Positions 51,595 through 60,215 are shown, counted from the stretch's first letter. The stretch is DNA of 64,000 nucleotides from Syntrophales bacterium (GCA_963662405.2 CAXXKT010000001.1:2176001-2240000), one strand, 5' to 3'. The notes: a model not told the origin generated them from the sequence alone. Made by a program: numbers and translations.

Positions 51595-51657
51595 ATCGAA
51601 CAATTTGCTACAGGCGACAGCGTAAAAACCACGCTGCCTCTGAGCAACACGTTTGGC
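51595..51657 (+). other. attC 13
   Basis: ATCGAAC...GCTACAGG...CTGAGC...GTTTGGC. Confidence 0.8.
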
Positions 51658-51668
51658 AGTAAGATTAT

Positions 51669-52214
51669 ATGAAGATAAGAAATGCATCCGATATTGATAA
51701 GCGAGATATCTCAAGATTGCATATTTTATCAATCAAGAGACTGTGTAGCAAACACTATACCCTTGAGCAGTTGAACGCCTGGACAAGTATTCTTACTCCT
51801 TCTGTTTATGATCAGGCACTCGAAGAAAAGATATTTTTAGTTGCCCATGATTCAAACCAGGATTTAATGGGCTTGGGCATTCTTGATATCCAAAATTCTG
51901 AAATCAGCGCAATCTATATCCACCCAGATGCTGCGGGAAATGGAATTGGGACAGAAATTCTTTGCAAACTTGAAGCAATAGCTCGAAATCATAATGCCGT
52001 TCAAATTACCGTTCATTCCACATTAAATGCAAAAGGCTTTTATCAGAGGCATGGCTATTTCGATCATGGTTTGACCTTTCACCGTTTGCCGAACGGATCA
52101 AAGCTTGAGTGTGTACGAATGTTTAAAGATTTACAAACGGATGTCGAACAACGGGAAAAAGCAGCCGCGCCTCATGCCTGGCGTTCTGCGGCGACGGACA
52201 AGTCGGAGGAATAA
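51669..52214 (+). CDS. Cassette 14: GNAT acetyltransferase
   Basis: AIYIHP..AGNGIG, STLNAKGFYQRHGY; C-terminus runs through a decayed attC. Confidence 0.85.
   Translation: MKIRNASDIDKRDISRLHILSIKRLCSKHYTLEQLNAWTSILTPSVYDQALEEKIFLVAHDSNQDLMGLGILDIQNSEISAIYIHPDAAGNGIGTEILCKLEAIARNHNAVQITVHSTLNAKGFYQRHGYFDHGLTFHRLPNGSKLECVRMFKDLQTDVEQREKAAAPHAWRSAATDKSEE
52143..52189 (+). other. attC 14, internally deleted
   Basis: GTCGAAC...GTTCTGC, only 47 bp with no clear L''/L' pair; GTTCTGCGG nearly complements cassette 15 R'' CCGCATAAC. Confidence 0.55.
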
Positions 52215-52220
52215 GCTCTT

Positions 52221-52811
52221 ATGGATGAATCAAATGCGTTGAAGATATATACAGACCGGCTTGAATTAGTGGCGGCGACCCTCGACCATGTTCGGGCCGA
52301 ACTGGAATCACCGGAAAGTCTGGCTGCCCAATTGAATGCTGACGTCGGACCCGACTGGCCGCCAGGTGAATACGATCGAGATGCTCAAGAGTTCTTCCGT
52401 GACTGTCTTCAAAAGGGTGGTTCAGCGGTTGTTGGGTGGTACTGCTGGTATGCAATTCGCAATGATGAGCATTCTGTGTTGATTGGATCGGGCGGGTATC
52501 TTGGTCTGCCGTGTGAGAATGGTGAAGTTGAGATAGGTTTTTCAATTGTAAAGAATTGGCAACGTGCTGGTTACGCAACCGAAATGGCCGGAGCCCTTGT
52601 CGCCAATGCACTCGCTGATTCCCGAGTTCAAAAGATCATTGCTCATTCAACACCCCGGAATTTGGCATCGTGCAAGGTGCTTGAAAAGGTCGGATTCAAA
52701 GTCGTTGGCACCGACGAGAAAACGGGGAATATTCGTTTTGAAATTCATCGAAATGGTCTGCCGCATAACAAAACTCATTCAGCCAACGCAAAAGACAGCA
52801 CGGCTGATTAG
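52221..52811 (+). CDS. Cassette 15: RimJ/RimL-type GNAT
   Basis: TDRLEL, EIGFSI, GYATE, N.AS..VLEKVGF. Confidence 0.87.
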   Translation: MDESNALKIYTDRLELVAATLDHVRAELESPESLAAQLNADVGPDWPPGEYDRDAQEFFRDCLQKGGSAVVGWYCWYAIRNDEHSVLIGSGGYLGLPCENGEVEIGFSIVKNWQRAGYATEMAGALVANALADSRVQKIIAHSTPRNLASCKVLEKVGFKVVGTDEKTGNIRFEIHRNGLPHNKTHSANAKDSTAD

Positions 52812-52825
52812 CGTCGGTGGGTGTT
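52763..52825 (+). other. attC 15 with degenerate R'
   Basis: GCATAAC...TCAGCC...GGCTGAT, same family as attC 3, but the expected GTT reads GGT. Confidence 0.6.
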
Positions 52826-52889
52826 CACGTCGGCGATAAAAATATGCCAAACAGGAATTTATTGAAAGAAACATCGAAGATGAAGTCAA

Positions 52890-53651
52890 ATGAATAATTG
52901 GTTTACAATAGATCAAATTGACAGAGACACTTTTATCATAAGCGAATATCGCCACTGGGAAGAAACACATTGTTATCTTTTAAATGGCTCTGAAAGCAGT
53001 TTGCTGATTGATACTGGGCTTGGAATCTGTAACATCTATGATGAGGTTATCAGGCTCACTGACAAGCCGGTCACTGCCGTAGCTACTCACATTCACTGGG
53101 ACCATATTGGCGGACATGGATTTTTCCCGGACTTTTACGCGCATGTGGCTGAACTGAACTGGCTTAACGGAGAATTTCCACTGACGATGGAGGAGATTAA
53201 AGGCATGGTCGTTGACCGTTGCGACTTGCCGGAAGGTTATGACGTAGGCAAATATGAGTTCTTTCAGGGTAATCCGACAAGAGTGCTGAAGGATGATGAT
53301 GTAATTGATATAGGGGACCGCCTTGTTCAGATAGTCCATACGCCCGGCCATTCGCCAGGACATATGTGTTTTTGGGAAAGGGAGCGCGGGTATCTTTTTA
53401 CCGGCGACTTGGTTTATAAACACACGCTGTTTGCCTTCTTTCCGTCCACTGACCCGGAGGCGTACCTCAATTCCTTGAAACGGGTATCGGCGTTACCGGT
53501 CAAGCATCTGTTTCCTGCACATCACACGCTGGATATTCAGCCTGAGATTCTGGGCAGAATGCGTGATGCCTTTTGGCAGTTGAAGGCTGAGGATAAATTG
53601 CACCATGGCACTGGCAGGTTTGACTATGGCGACTGGGCAGTATGGCTATAA
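52890..53651 (+). CDS. Cassette 16: metallo-beta-lactamase-fold hydrolase
   Basis: IDTG, THIHWDHIGG, HTPGHSPG, FTGD, PAH. Confidence 0.9.
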   Translation: MNNWFTIDQIDRDTFIISEYRHWEETHCYLLNGSESSLLIDTGLGICNIYDEVIRLTDKPVTAVATHIHWDHIGGHGFFPDFYAHVAELNWLNGEFPLTMEEIKGMVVDRCDLPEGYDVGKYEFFQGNPTRVLKDDDVIDIGDRLVQIVHTPGHSPGHMCFWERERGYLFTGDLVYKHTLFAFFPSTDPEAYLNSLKRVSALPVKHLFPAHHTLDIQPEILGRMRDAFWQLKAEDKLHHGTGRFDYGDWAVWL

Positions 53652-53791
53652 AAGGAAAGACACCTACGCTAAGCCCGCCGCAAGCAGCGAGGAATGCGCT
53701 CGCTGTTCAATGCACAGCCGAAAGGAAGCATGTATGCGCCCCTATCGATAGAGGAACAATTCGGACCAGATCCGAGCACGGTAGAGCGCAC

Positions 53792-53881
53792 TTCTAACCA
53801 ATCAATTCAGGTGACGGGAAGGGGCTGCGGGGCTCTAATGAGGGAAACACATTGATCCGCGCCTGATATCAGACGTTCGCT
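53792..53881 (+). other. attC 16
   Basis: TTCTAAC...ATTCAGG...CCTGAT...GTTCGCT. Confidence 0.78.
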
Positions 53882-53949
53882 ATAAAAACATTCTTTGACG
53901 CTGTGATGTTATAGTGCTATAGTCACACAACGTCAGGGGAGGTGATATT

Positions 53950-54183
53950 ATGGGAACAGCGGCAATGCGCGCAACAGTGTACTTAGATCCGGAATTGCAC
54001 AAAGCATTACGGTTGAAAGCGTTAGAAACCACGCAGTCAATCTCGAAACTTGTGAATGATGCCATTAAAAAATCCCTTGCCGAGGACGCTGAAGATATTG
54101 AGGCGTTTGAAGCAAGAGCAAAAGAGCCACTAATCAGCTATGAAGCTATGATCAAGAGGCTTAAAAAAGATGGGCGAATATAA
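53950..54183 (+). CDS. Cassette 17: CopG/RHH antitoxin
   Basis: RATVYLDPELHKALR...SISKLVNDA; own promoter TTGACG-17-TATAGT (53895-53923). Confidence 0.85.
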   Translation: MGTAAMRATVYLDPELHKALRLKALETTQSISKLVNDAIKKSLAEDAEDIEAFEARAKEPLISYEAMIKRLKKDGRI

Positions 54184-54427
54184 AATCTTCTTTAAAAAAT
54201 CTGTTGAAAAAGACTTTCACTCCATCCCCAAAAAAGATTTAAAGAAGATTCTCTTACGTATTGAAACACTGGCGAAAGATCCGAGGCCACCGGGCCACGA
54301 GAAGCTATCCGCCCAAGAGAGATATCGTATTCGCCAAGGCACGTACAGAATTATATATTCCATTCAAGATCAAGAGCTTTTGGTATGGGTGGTTAAAGTT
54401 GGGCATCGCAAAGATGTTTATCGCTGA
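54170..54427 (+). CDS. Cassette 17: RelE/ParE family toxin
   Basis: PRPPG.EKL...YRIRQG.YRIIY...GHRKDVY. Confidence 0.9.
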   Translation: MGEYKIFFKKSVEKDFHSIPKKDLKKILLRIETLAKDPRPPGHEKLSAQERYRIRQGTYRIIYSIQDQELLVWVVKVGHRKDVYR

Positions 54428-54473
54428 AGCGAACCTGTCACAAGGGCCGCTCCGGCTCAGCTCGTCGTTCAGC
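54428..54473 (+). other. attC 17, internally deleted
   Basis: AGCGAAC complements GTTCGCT; only 46 bp. Confidence 0.6.
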
Positions 54474-54608
54474 GGACGCTCCGCGATAAGACCGCTCCAC
54501 GCCCCCTGAACATGCGGCGGCTGTCCTGAGCTGGTTCTCTCGGCGCGCAGCGCCTCCCGAACCAGCGGATGGACGTGTTCCCTGCGGGGTAAGGTCATCC
54601 GCCGCATG
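54467..54608 (+). repeat. Gene-less mini-cassette, copy 6 (141 bp, ends G|AA)
   Basis: About 9 differences versus copy 3; terminal GTT replaced by fusion to a higB fragment. Confidence 0.9.
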
Positions 54609-54701
54609 AAATCCTTCCAAGATAAAGAGGTTGAGAAAATATTCGGCAGGCAAATTTCAAAAAAGTTGCCGCAGGATATTCAGCGCAGGGCTCAAGGCTA
54701 A
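54606..54701 (+). pseudogene. Truncated HigB-like toxin (N-terminal 31 aa)
   Basis: MKSFQDKEVEKIFGRQISKKLPQDIQRRA then a stop; no higA. Confidence 0.7.
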
Positions 54702-54738
54702 TCGATAGAACGATGGTCTCGAAGGCCCAACGCTGAAT

Positions 54739-54804
54739 ACATTGTGCAGGGGGCGCTCCACGATAATCCTGCACCATTGCCCTGAACATGTAGCGGCTTT
54801 CCTG
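54739..54804 (+). repeat. Decayed copy of attI spacer plus the 5' part of the mini-cassette
   Basis: ACATTGTGCAGGGGGCGCTCCACGATAA versus ACATTGTTCAGGGGGCGCTCCACGATAA at 38386; then CCCTGAACATGTAGCGGCT. Confidence 0.75.
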
Positions 54805-54810
54805 CTCCGA

Positions 54811-55518
54811 TTATTCAGAGCCGAGTTGCCATTCGGCAATCTCCCGATAGAAGATGTCCAGGGTGTGTGCGGCACTTTCCCCATACAGAAAGCTTTTCGT
54901 GGTCCCGTAGGCGCGCCGGTCCAGTTTCAAGAGGTCTTGAGAAGCCTCCCGCGCCGCGTCGAGCACGTTTCCCCCGGCTTCAATGAGATCATCGACGATG
55001 CCCCGTTCGAAGGCTTCGCGCGGCGTATAGGCCCGGGAGTGGAGCAGGGCCTCTTTCCACCAGCGGGGAGGAATCGATGACCGGCAAATCAGGAGAATCC
55101 AGCTCGGGATAACCATCTTGTTGGCCACTTCGTTGATCTGGATCTTGTAAGGACCGTCGAGGATCATATATCGGTCACAGGCATACGAGAGGATCGCGCC
55201 ACCCGCAACGGCATGCCCTTCATAGGCAGCGACAGTCGGAATGGGAAACTGGAGGACCCGTAACATCGTTGTAGCGAAGGTCTTTTGAAATCTCACCACC
55301 TCCTCGAAAGACTGTGTGGGGAGGAGCTTCAGATCGAGGCCGGCCGAAAAAACACCGGGTCTGCAGGTAAAGATCAGGACACCGGCTTTGTCTGCCAGCG
55401 CACGATCGAGGGATTCGTTCAATTCACTGAAGAATTCCCAATTCATTGCATTCATCTTGCCGTCGTCGAGGGTGATTTGTGCGATTCCGTCTTCAACCGA
55501 GTAGTGCATCTTTTTCAT
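54811..55518 (-). CDS. Enoyl-CoA hydratase/isomerase (crotonase) family protein
   Basis: DDGKMNA, FSAGLDL, GHAVAGGA, NEV. Confidence 0.9.
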   Translation of the reverse strand: MKKMHYSVEDGIAQITLDDGKMNAMNWEFFSELNESLDRALADKAGVLIFTCRPGVFSAGLDLKLLPTQSFEEVVRFQKTFATTMLRVLQFPIPTVAAYEGHAVAGGAILSYACDRYMILDGPYKIQINEVANKMVIPSWILLICRSSIPPRWWKEALLHSRAYTPREAFERGIVDDLIEAGGNVLDAAREASQDLLKLDRRAYGTTKSFLYGESAAHTLDIFYREIAEWQLGSE

Positions 55519-55940
55519 GATCTCTCCTCATGCGTATAGAATTTATAGTTTTGTATCATCCACACTGCCTCAAGAAAGGTGCCATCGCGTGTTCGGTGCG
55601 GCTTCACCTGATCACTGCCGGGTCAGGGTAAAAACCTCAGTTTCGAAATAAACCATAATCGGGGTCCTTATGTCAAAGTTTTGGTGCTGTCGCTGTTTGT
55701 TAAGGGGGATGAGATATGATCAAGTCTGTTTATAGCTCCACCGCCGGATCATATCCCTTCTTCTCATGAAAATTATGTTTCGCGATTTAACCTACTGATA
55801 TTACGACTAATTTCTTAACATGCCCACACTGTTGGCTCTTTGTCAAGGATAATGATGAAATAACTGTTTATTTTTATGCATTATTTGCCCATTCGATGTA
55901 CTATCTCCTGCTCGGAAATTACTGACTTTGATCTGATCTC

Positions 55941-57626
55941 TCATTTTAATTGAATCAACCCTTTTTTAATCTTCCTGTATATTGTAGATGGGTTGATGTG
56001 AAGGAGTTCAGCGGTCTTTTCGATGTTACCCGATTCCTGATAAGCTCGTTTGATTAGGATTTCTTCGACTTTGTCCACAGCTTGCCTTAGGGGCATCATG
56101 GTGCTGATGCGAATACAATCTTCCTCTTCCGCAGATGATTTCAATCCCAGTTCATTGACCAGATCGTATTCCGGATCACCAACCTCTTCAGAGCCTGCGA
56201 CGACGAGCAATCTTTCGATGACATTTTTCAACTCCCGCACATTGCCGGGCCAGTCGTAATGATAGAGGCGGGGAATCAAGGAATTGGCAATCCTGACGTT
56301 CGTATCGTACTTCAGGTTAAGCGTTTTCAGAAAGAAGCGGATGAGGGGCAGAATATCATCGCGCCTTTCACGCAGGGGCGGAATATGGATCGGGATGACA
56401 CTTAAACGGTAGAAGAGGTCCCGTCTGAATCTCGTCTCATCGGTGAGCTTTTCACGGGAAAGATTGGTTGAGGCAATGATCCTGACATTGGCGGTTATGG
56501 TTTTATTAGAGCCCACCCGCATATATTCATTCTCTTGAATGACACGCAGGAGTTTACTCTGCATGGCAAGGGGGAGTTCGCTGATTTCATCCAGAAAGAG
56601 AGTTCCCCCTTCCGATTTATCAAACAGGCCTTTTCGCCCACCTTTTTTTGATCCCGTGAAAGCCCCCTCCTCGTAACCGAAAAATTCCGACTCCAGAAGT
56701 TCAGAAGGAATGGCCGAACAGTTGACACCGACAAAAGGCCCGGAACTGCGGTTTCCCGACTGGTGGATCGCCTTCGCGACCATCTCCTTCCCCACCCCCG
56801 ACTCTCCCCAGATGAAGGCTGGAGAATCGAATTTGCCTGCCTTGACGGCAATTTGTAGCACCTGCCCCATTTGCTTGCTGGAATAGATTATTCGGTCCCG
56901 CCCGAGCAGAACCTCCAGTGTGTTTAATTGTTTATAATACTGGTTCTTCAACGTCTCTGAACTTGTCAGATCGCTCTCAAGTTGAACCATCCGAGTCACA
57001 TCCCTTCCTGTGTTGATCACCTTCTGGATCTTCCCATGGAGATCGAAAAAGGGAATGCTCTGCCACTGGAGCGTCGTACCCGTATTATAGGTGACTTTCG
57101 TGTTCGTCGACGTTTTCGCCTTCAGGGCATTGAGGGAAGCCGAGTTCGTCAGAGCATGCTCATCAACAAGATCATGAATATTCCTGCCGACCCATTCTTT
57201 GATGTCGACGCCGATGAATTTGGAAAGGATTTTATTAAGCTGCTCCAATACGCCGTCCTGACCCGTAACGGCGATCCCGACATCGATGCAATCCAGAAAG
57301 TTCTCGAATTCCATAATTTTAAGAATATCAGCCGTATCGAACAGGTAGAGATGGCCGTTGTCTCTCTCGTCAAACCCAACGGGAAAGACCGTGATCCGGC
57401 GGGACACATTCCCGATCGGGATGCTTCGAGGTCCCCGAAAGGACTGTTCTGAATCCTGCTTCCCAAACAGAGGATCGATTTCGGAAACAGCACAAATAGA
57501 ATCAAAGCCCGCAAAGCGGAACATTGATGCCGCCACCTCGTTCATCATGAAAATGTGTCCCTGTTCGTCTGTGAGAAGCAACGGGTTGACCAGTCCTTTT
57601 AGAAAATCATTTTCTAGCGTGATCAT
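55941..57626 (-). CDS. PAS-containing sigma54-dependent transcriptional activator
   Basis: GESGVGKE, ESEFFG..GAFTGS, LFLDEI, WPGNVREL, C-terminal HTH. Confidence 0.93.
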   Translation of the reverse strand: MITLENDFLKGLVNPLLLTDEQGHIFMMNEVAASMFRFAGFDSICAVSEIDPLFGKQDSEQSFRGPRSIPIGNVSRRITVFPVGFDERDNGHLYLFDTADILKIMEFENFLDCIDVGIAVTGQDGVLEQLNKILSKFIGVDIKEWVGRNIHDLVDEHALTNSASLNALKAKTSTNTKVTYNTGTTLQWQSIPFFDLHGKIQKVINTGRDVTRMVQLESDLTSSETLKNQYYKQLNTLEVLLGRDRIIYSSKQMGQVLQIAVKAGKFDSPAFIWGESGVGKEMVAKAIHQSGNRSSGPFVGVNCSAIPSELLESEFFGYEEGAFTGSKKGGRKGLFDKSEGGTLFLDEISELPLAMQSKLLRVIQENEYMRVGSNKTITANVRIIASTNLSREKLTDETRFRRDLFYRLSVIPIHIPPLRERRDDILPLIRFFLKTLNLKYDTNVRIANSLIPRLYHYDWPGNVRELKNVIERLLVVAGSEEVGDPEYDLVNELGLKSSAEEEDCIRISTMMPLRQAVDKVEEILIKRAYQESGNIEKTAELLHINPSTIYRKIKKGLIQLK

Positions 57627-57671
57627 GTACTCCCCTCCGGTTGGATATATAATCCTTCAAAATGTCTGTTT

Positions 57672-57704
57672 TTGCAATATGCAAGACATCCTTGCATATT
57701 GCAA
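57672..57704. promoter_or_regulatory. Putative enhancer (UAS) for the sigma54 activator
   Basis: TTGCAATATGCAA-7-TTGCATATTGCAA perfect inverted repeat. Confidence 0.7.
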
Positions 57705-57769
57705 GTGATTTATCGGTCCTTCAGCGCGGTGAGTTACATAAATACAATAGAATCAACATATTAAATAAA

Positions 57770-57785
57770 TGGCATAGCAAATGCA
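57770..57785 (+). promoter_or_regulatory. sigma54 -24/-12 promoter
   Basis: TGGCATAGCAAATGCA (GG-N10-GC). Confidence 0.75.
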
Positions 57786-57835
57786 AATGCAAATGCGAGA
57801 AACAAGATCAACTATATAATGCTAAGGAGAATAAA

Positions 57836-58732
57836 ATGACAATCCGTTTTGATCAACGCGTGGCAATTGTGACTGGCGCAGGAGCGGGACTGGGCAAGAC
57901 CTATGCCTTGGAACTTGCTTCCCGCGGAGCCAAGGTGGTGGTGAACGACCCCGGTCTTCTAACCGACGGGTCTTCGCGCGCGATGAAGGTGGCGGAAGAG
58001 ATCTGTCGACAGGGAGGTCATGCCGTTTCCAACTGCGACAGTGTGGCTGACCGTAAAGCCGCAGAAAAGATCGTCGCCGCAGCCATGGACAACTTCGGTC
58101 GCCTGGACATTCTCATTAACAATGCCGGAATTCTCAGGGACAAGAGTTTTGTTAAAATGCCTCTCGACGATTTCGAAGAAGTGTTGCAGGTCCATCTTCT
58201 CGGAACCGTCTATCTCACAAAAGCGGCTTTACCGTTCATGCAGAATGCAAATTATGGAAAAATCCTTCTCACCACTTCTACGGCCGGTCTTTACGGTAAT
58301 TTCGGGCAGACCAATTACGCCGCGGCAAAACTCGGCCTCGTCGGATTTATGAATGCCCTGAAACTCGAGTGCGCAAAATACAACATCACCGTAAACACCA
58401 TTGCCCCGATCGCCGCAACCGGTATGGCGGGCGGGACTTTCCCGGAGGAAATTTCCGAAAGAATCAAGCCCGAATGGGTTGCGGCCATGGCCCTCTATCT
58501 CGCAAGCGACCAATGTCAGGCCAACGGGAGAATCCTATCCGCCGGGGGAGGATATTATTCGTGCGTGCAAATGAACGAGGGCGGCGGCGTGCGTTTTAAC
58601 GCCGATGCACCCATTACAGCCGAGCAGATTGCCGAGCGGTTCCCCGAAATCATCGACATGGCGGATGCGCGTTATTATGAAAATGCAACTGAAAACGTCC
58701 TGAATATCCTGTCTTCACTGATTGAAAAATGA
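57836..58732 (+). CDS. SDR, MFE-2-type 3-hydroxyacyl-CoA dehydrogenase-like
   Basis: TGAGAGLG, NNAGILRD, GNFGQTNYAAAK. Confidence 0.88.
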   Translation: MTIRFDQRVAIVTGAGAGLGKTYALELASRGAKVVVNDPGLLTDGSSRAMKVAEEICRQGGHAVSNCDSVADRKAAEKIVAAAMDNFGRLDILINNAGILRDKSFVKMPLDDFEEVLQVHLLGTVYLTKAALPFMQNANYGKILLTTSTAGLYGNFGQTNYAAAKLGLVGFMNALKLECAKYNITVNTIAPIAATGMAGGTFPEEISERIKPEWVAAMALYLASDQCQANGRILSAGGGYYSCVQMNEGGGVRFNADAPITAEQIAERFPEIIDMADARYYENATENVLNILSSLIEK

Positions 58733-58783
58733 CGGGACAGCAGGAGCAATTATCATCATCATAAAACAATATCAGGAGGATTT

Positions 58784-60079
58784 ATGAAAGATCGAGTCTA
58801 TATCATCGGCGCCGGCATGACCCCCATCGTTAAACAGGACGGCGGCTCCTTTGAAGACCTCTGCAACATCGCCATTTCCGAAGCCATGGAAGATGCCGGG
58901 TTGAATTATGAGGGCGACAAGGCCGCCATCGGCGGCATCTGGTATGGTAACTGTGCCCAGGGCATGATGACCGGCCAGCACTGTGTCCGCGGTCAGGTAA
59001 TTCTGCGGCGGCTCGGATTTGAATGCATACCCGTTGTCAACGTGGAGAACGCCTGCGCTACGGCCTCCACGGCCCTGAATCAGGCAATTCATTATGTAAT
59101 GACGGGAGCTACCGACCTGGCGCTGGCCCTCGGCATCGAAAAGACGCTTCCCGATCTTAACGCCTTGGATGACCTTCCGGAAATCGTGGCCGCTCTCCCT
59201 TACATGACGCTTTCCTCTTTCTGGATGGGCTCGGAGCAGGACAGGAAAAAACACTATATCGAAAAATGGCGACGGGAGAAATCGGAAGTGCTTGGCATTC
59301 CCTATGAGGAAACGGATGTCGGCAAAGGGCGCAGCCCCTTTATGGACTACTACGCCGTGAAGGCTATGAAGGTCATGAAAAAATATGGCTACACCCAGAA
59401 GCAACTGGCCAAAGTCTGCTCTAAAACCCACCATCACAGCACTATGAACCCCAAAGCCCAGTATCGGAAGGAGATCACCTGGGAAGCCGTCATGGGTGAC
59501 AAACCCATTACGTATCCCCTGACCCGTTCCATGTGTGCCCCCCCGGGAGAAGGGTGTGCCGCGGCCATCATCTGTTCCGAAAAATATCTCAAGGAACACA
59601 AAGGCATCAAGAATCCGATCCAGGTCATGGCTTCGGTCTTGGTCTCCGGCCGTGCAAGGGGGGACTACGATCAGGACATTTCAGGAAGAGGAGCGGAGAT
59701 TGCATTCCGTCTGGCTGGTCTTGAACGCAAAGATATTGACATTCTGGAATTGCATGATGCGACATCCTTCGGTGAAATCTTCCAGACGGCCCAGGCTGGT
59801 TTTTGCACAGCTGAAGCAGCCGGGGACTACTGTTCCTCCGGGGAGACGGCTTTAGGTGGACAGCTGCCGACAAATGTCAGCGGTGGTCTGATATCGAGAG
59901 GCCATCCTGTAGGTTGCACTGGTCTTGCTCAGGCTTACGAACTGGTGACCCAGTTGCGGGGACGCGCCGGTGAGCGGCAGGTAAAAGGAGCGAAGATCGG
60001 CATGCAGATCAATGGCGGTGGTGTGATCGGCGTCGAGGAGGCAGCTCTGGGAGTTCACATTTACCGCAGTGCGGAATGA
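58784..60079 (+). CDS. Thiolase (SCP2/type-2 family)
   Basis: VENACA, ELHDA, NVSGGL..GHPVG.TG. Confidence 0.9.
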   Translation: MKDRVYIIGAGMTPIVKQDGGSFEDLCNIAISEAMEDAGLNYEGDKAAIGGIWYGNCAQGMMTGQHCVRGQVILRRLGFECIPVVNVENACATASTALNQAIHYVMTGATDLALALGIEKTLPDLNALDDLPEIVAALPYMTLSSFWMGSEQDRKKHYIEKWRREKSEVLGIPYEETDVGKGRSPFMDYYAVKAMKVMKKYGYTQKQLAKVCSKTHHHSTMNPKAQYRKEITWEAVMGDKPITYPLTRSMCAPPGEGCAAAIICSEKYLKEHKGIKNPIQVMASVLVSGRARGDYDQDISGRGAEIAFRLAGLERKDIDILELHDATSFGEIFQTAQAGFCTAEAAGDYCSSGETALGGQLPTNVSGGLISRGHPVGCTGLAQAYELVTQLRGRAGERQVKGAKIGMQINGGGVIGVEEAALGVHIYRSAE

Positions 60080-60104
60080 AAATGAACCATAGAAGGAGAA
60101 AACC

Positions 60105-60215
60105 ATGGACATAAAAAATCACACGGCAATCGCTACCGAAGGCGCTTCCGGTCTGGGAGCGGTGGCGGTGAGATGAATTATAAAAGACGGAGCGTTGCGC
60201 ATGGCGCCCCAATAA
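60105..60215 (+). pseudogene. Internally deleted HSD10-type 3-hydroxyacyl-CoA dehydrogenase remnant
   Basis: AGGAG RBS; MDIKNHTAIATEGASGLG...* joined in frame to ...DGALRMAPQ*. Confidence 0.72.

Noticed and set aside
52890..53651. MBL-fold cassette as a beta-lactamase resistance gene
   Set aside because: No signal peptide; HxHxDH is a generic hydrolase motif
38391..54608. The 140-bp repeats as a CRISPR array
   Set aside because: Repeats are too long, are separated by kilobase gene cassettes, and no cas genes are present
38391..54608. Group IIC-attC intron or IS1111-attC insertions
   Set aside because: No reverse transcriptase or intron domain V seen; the IS110 here targets an RBS, not an attC
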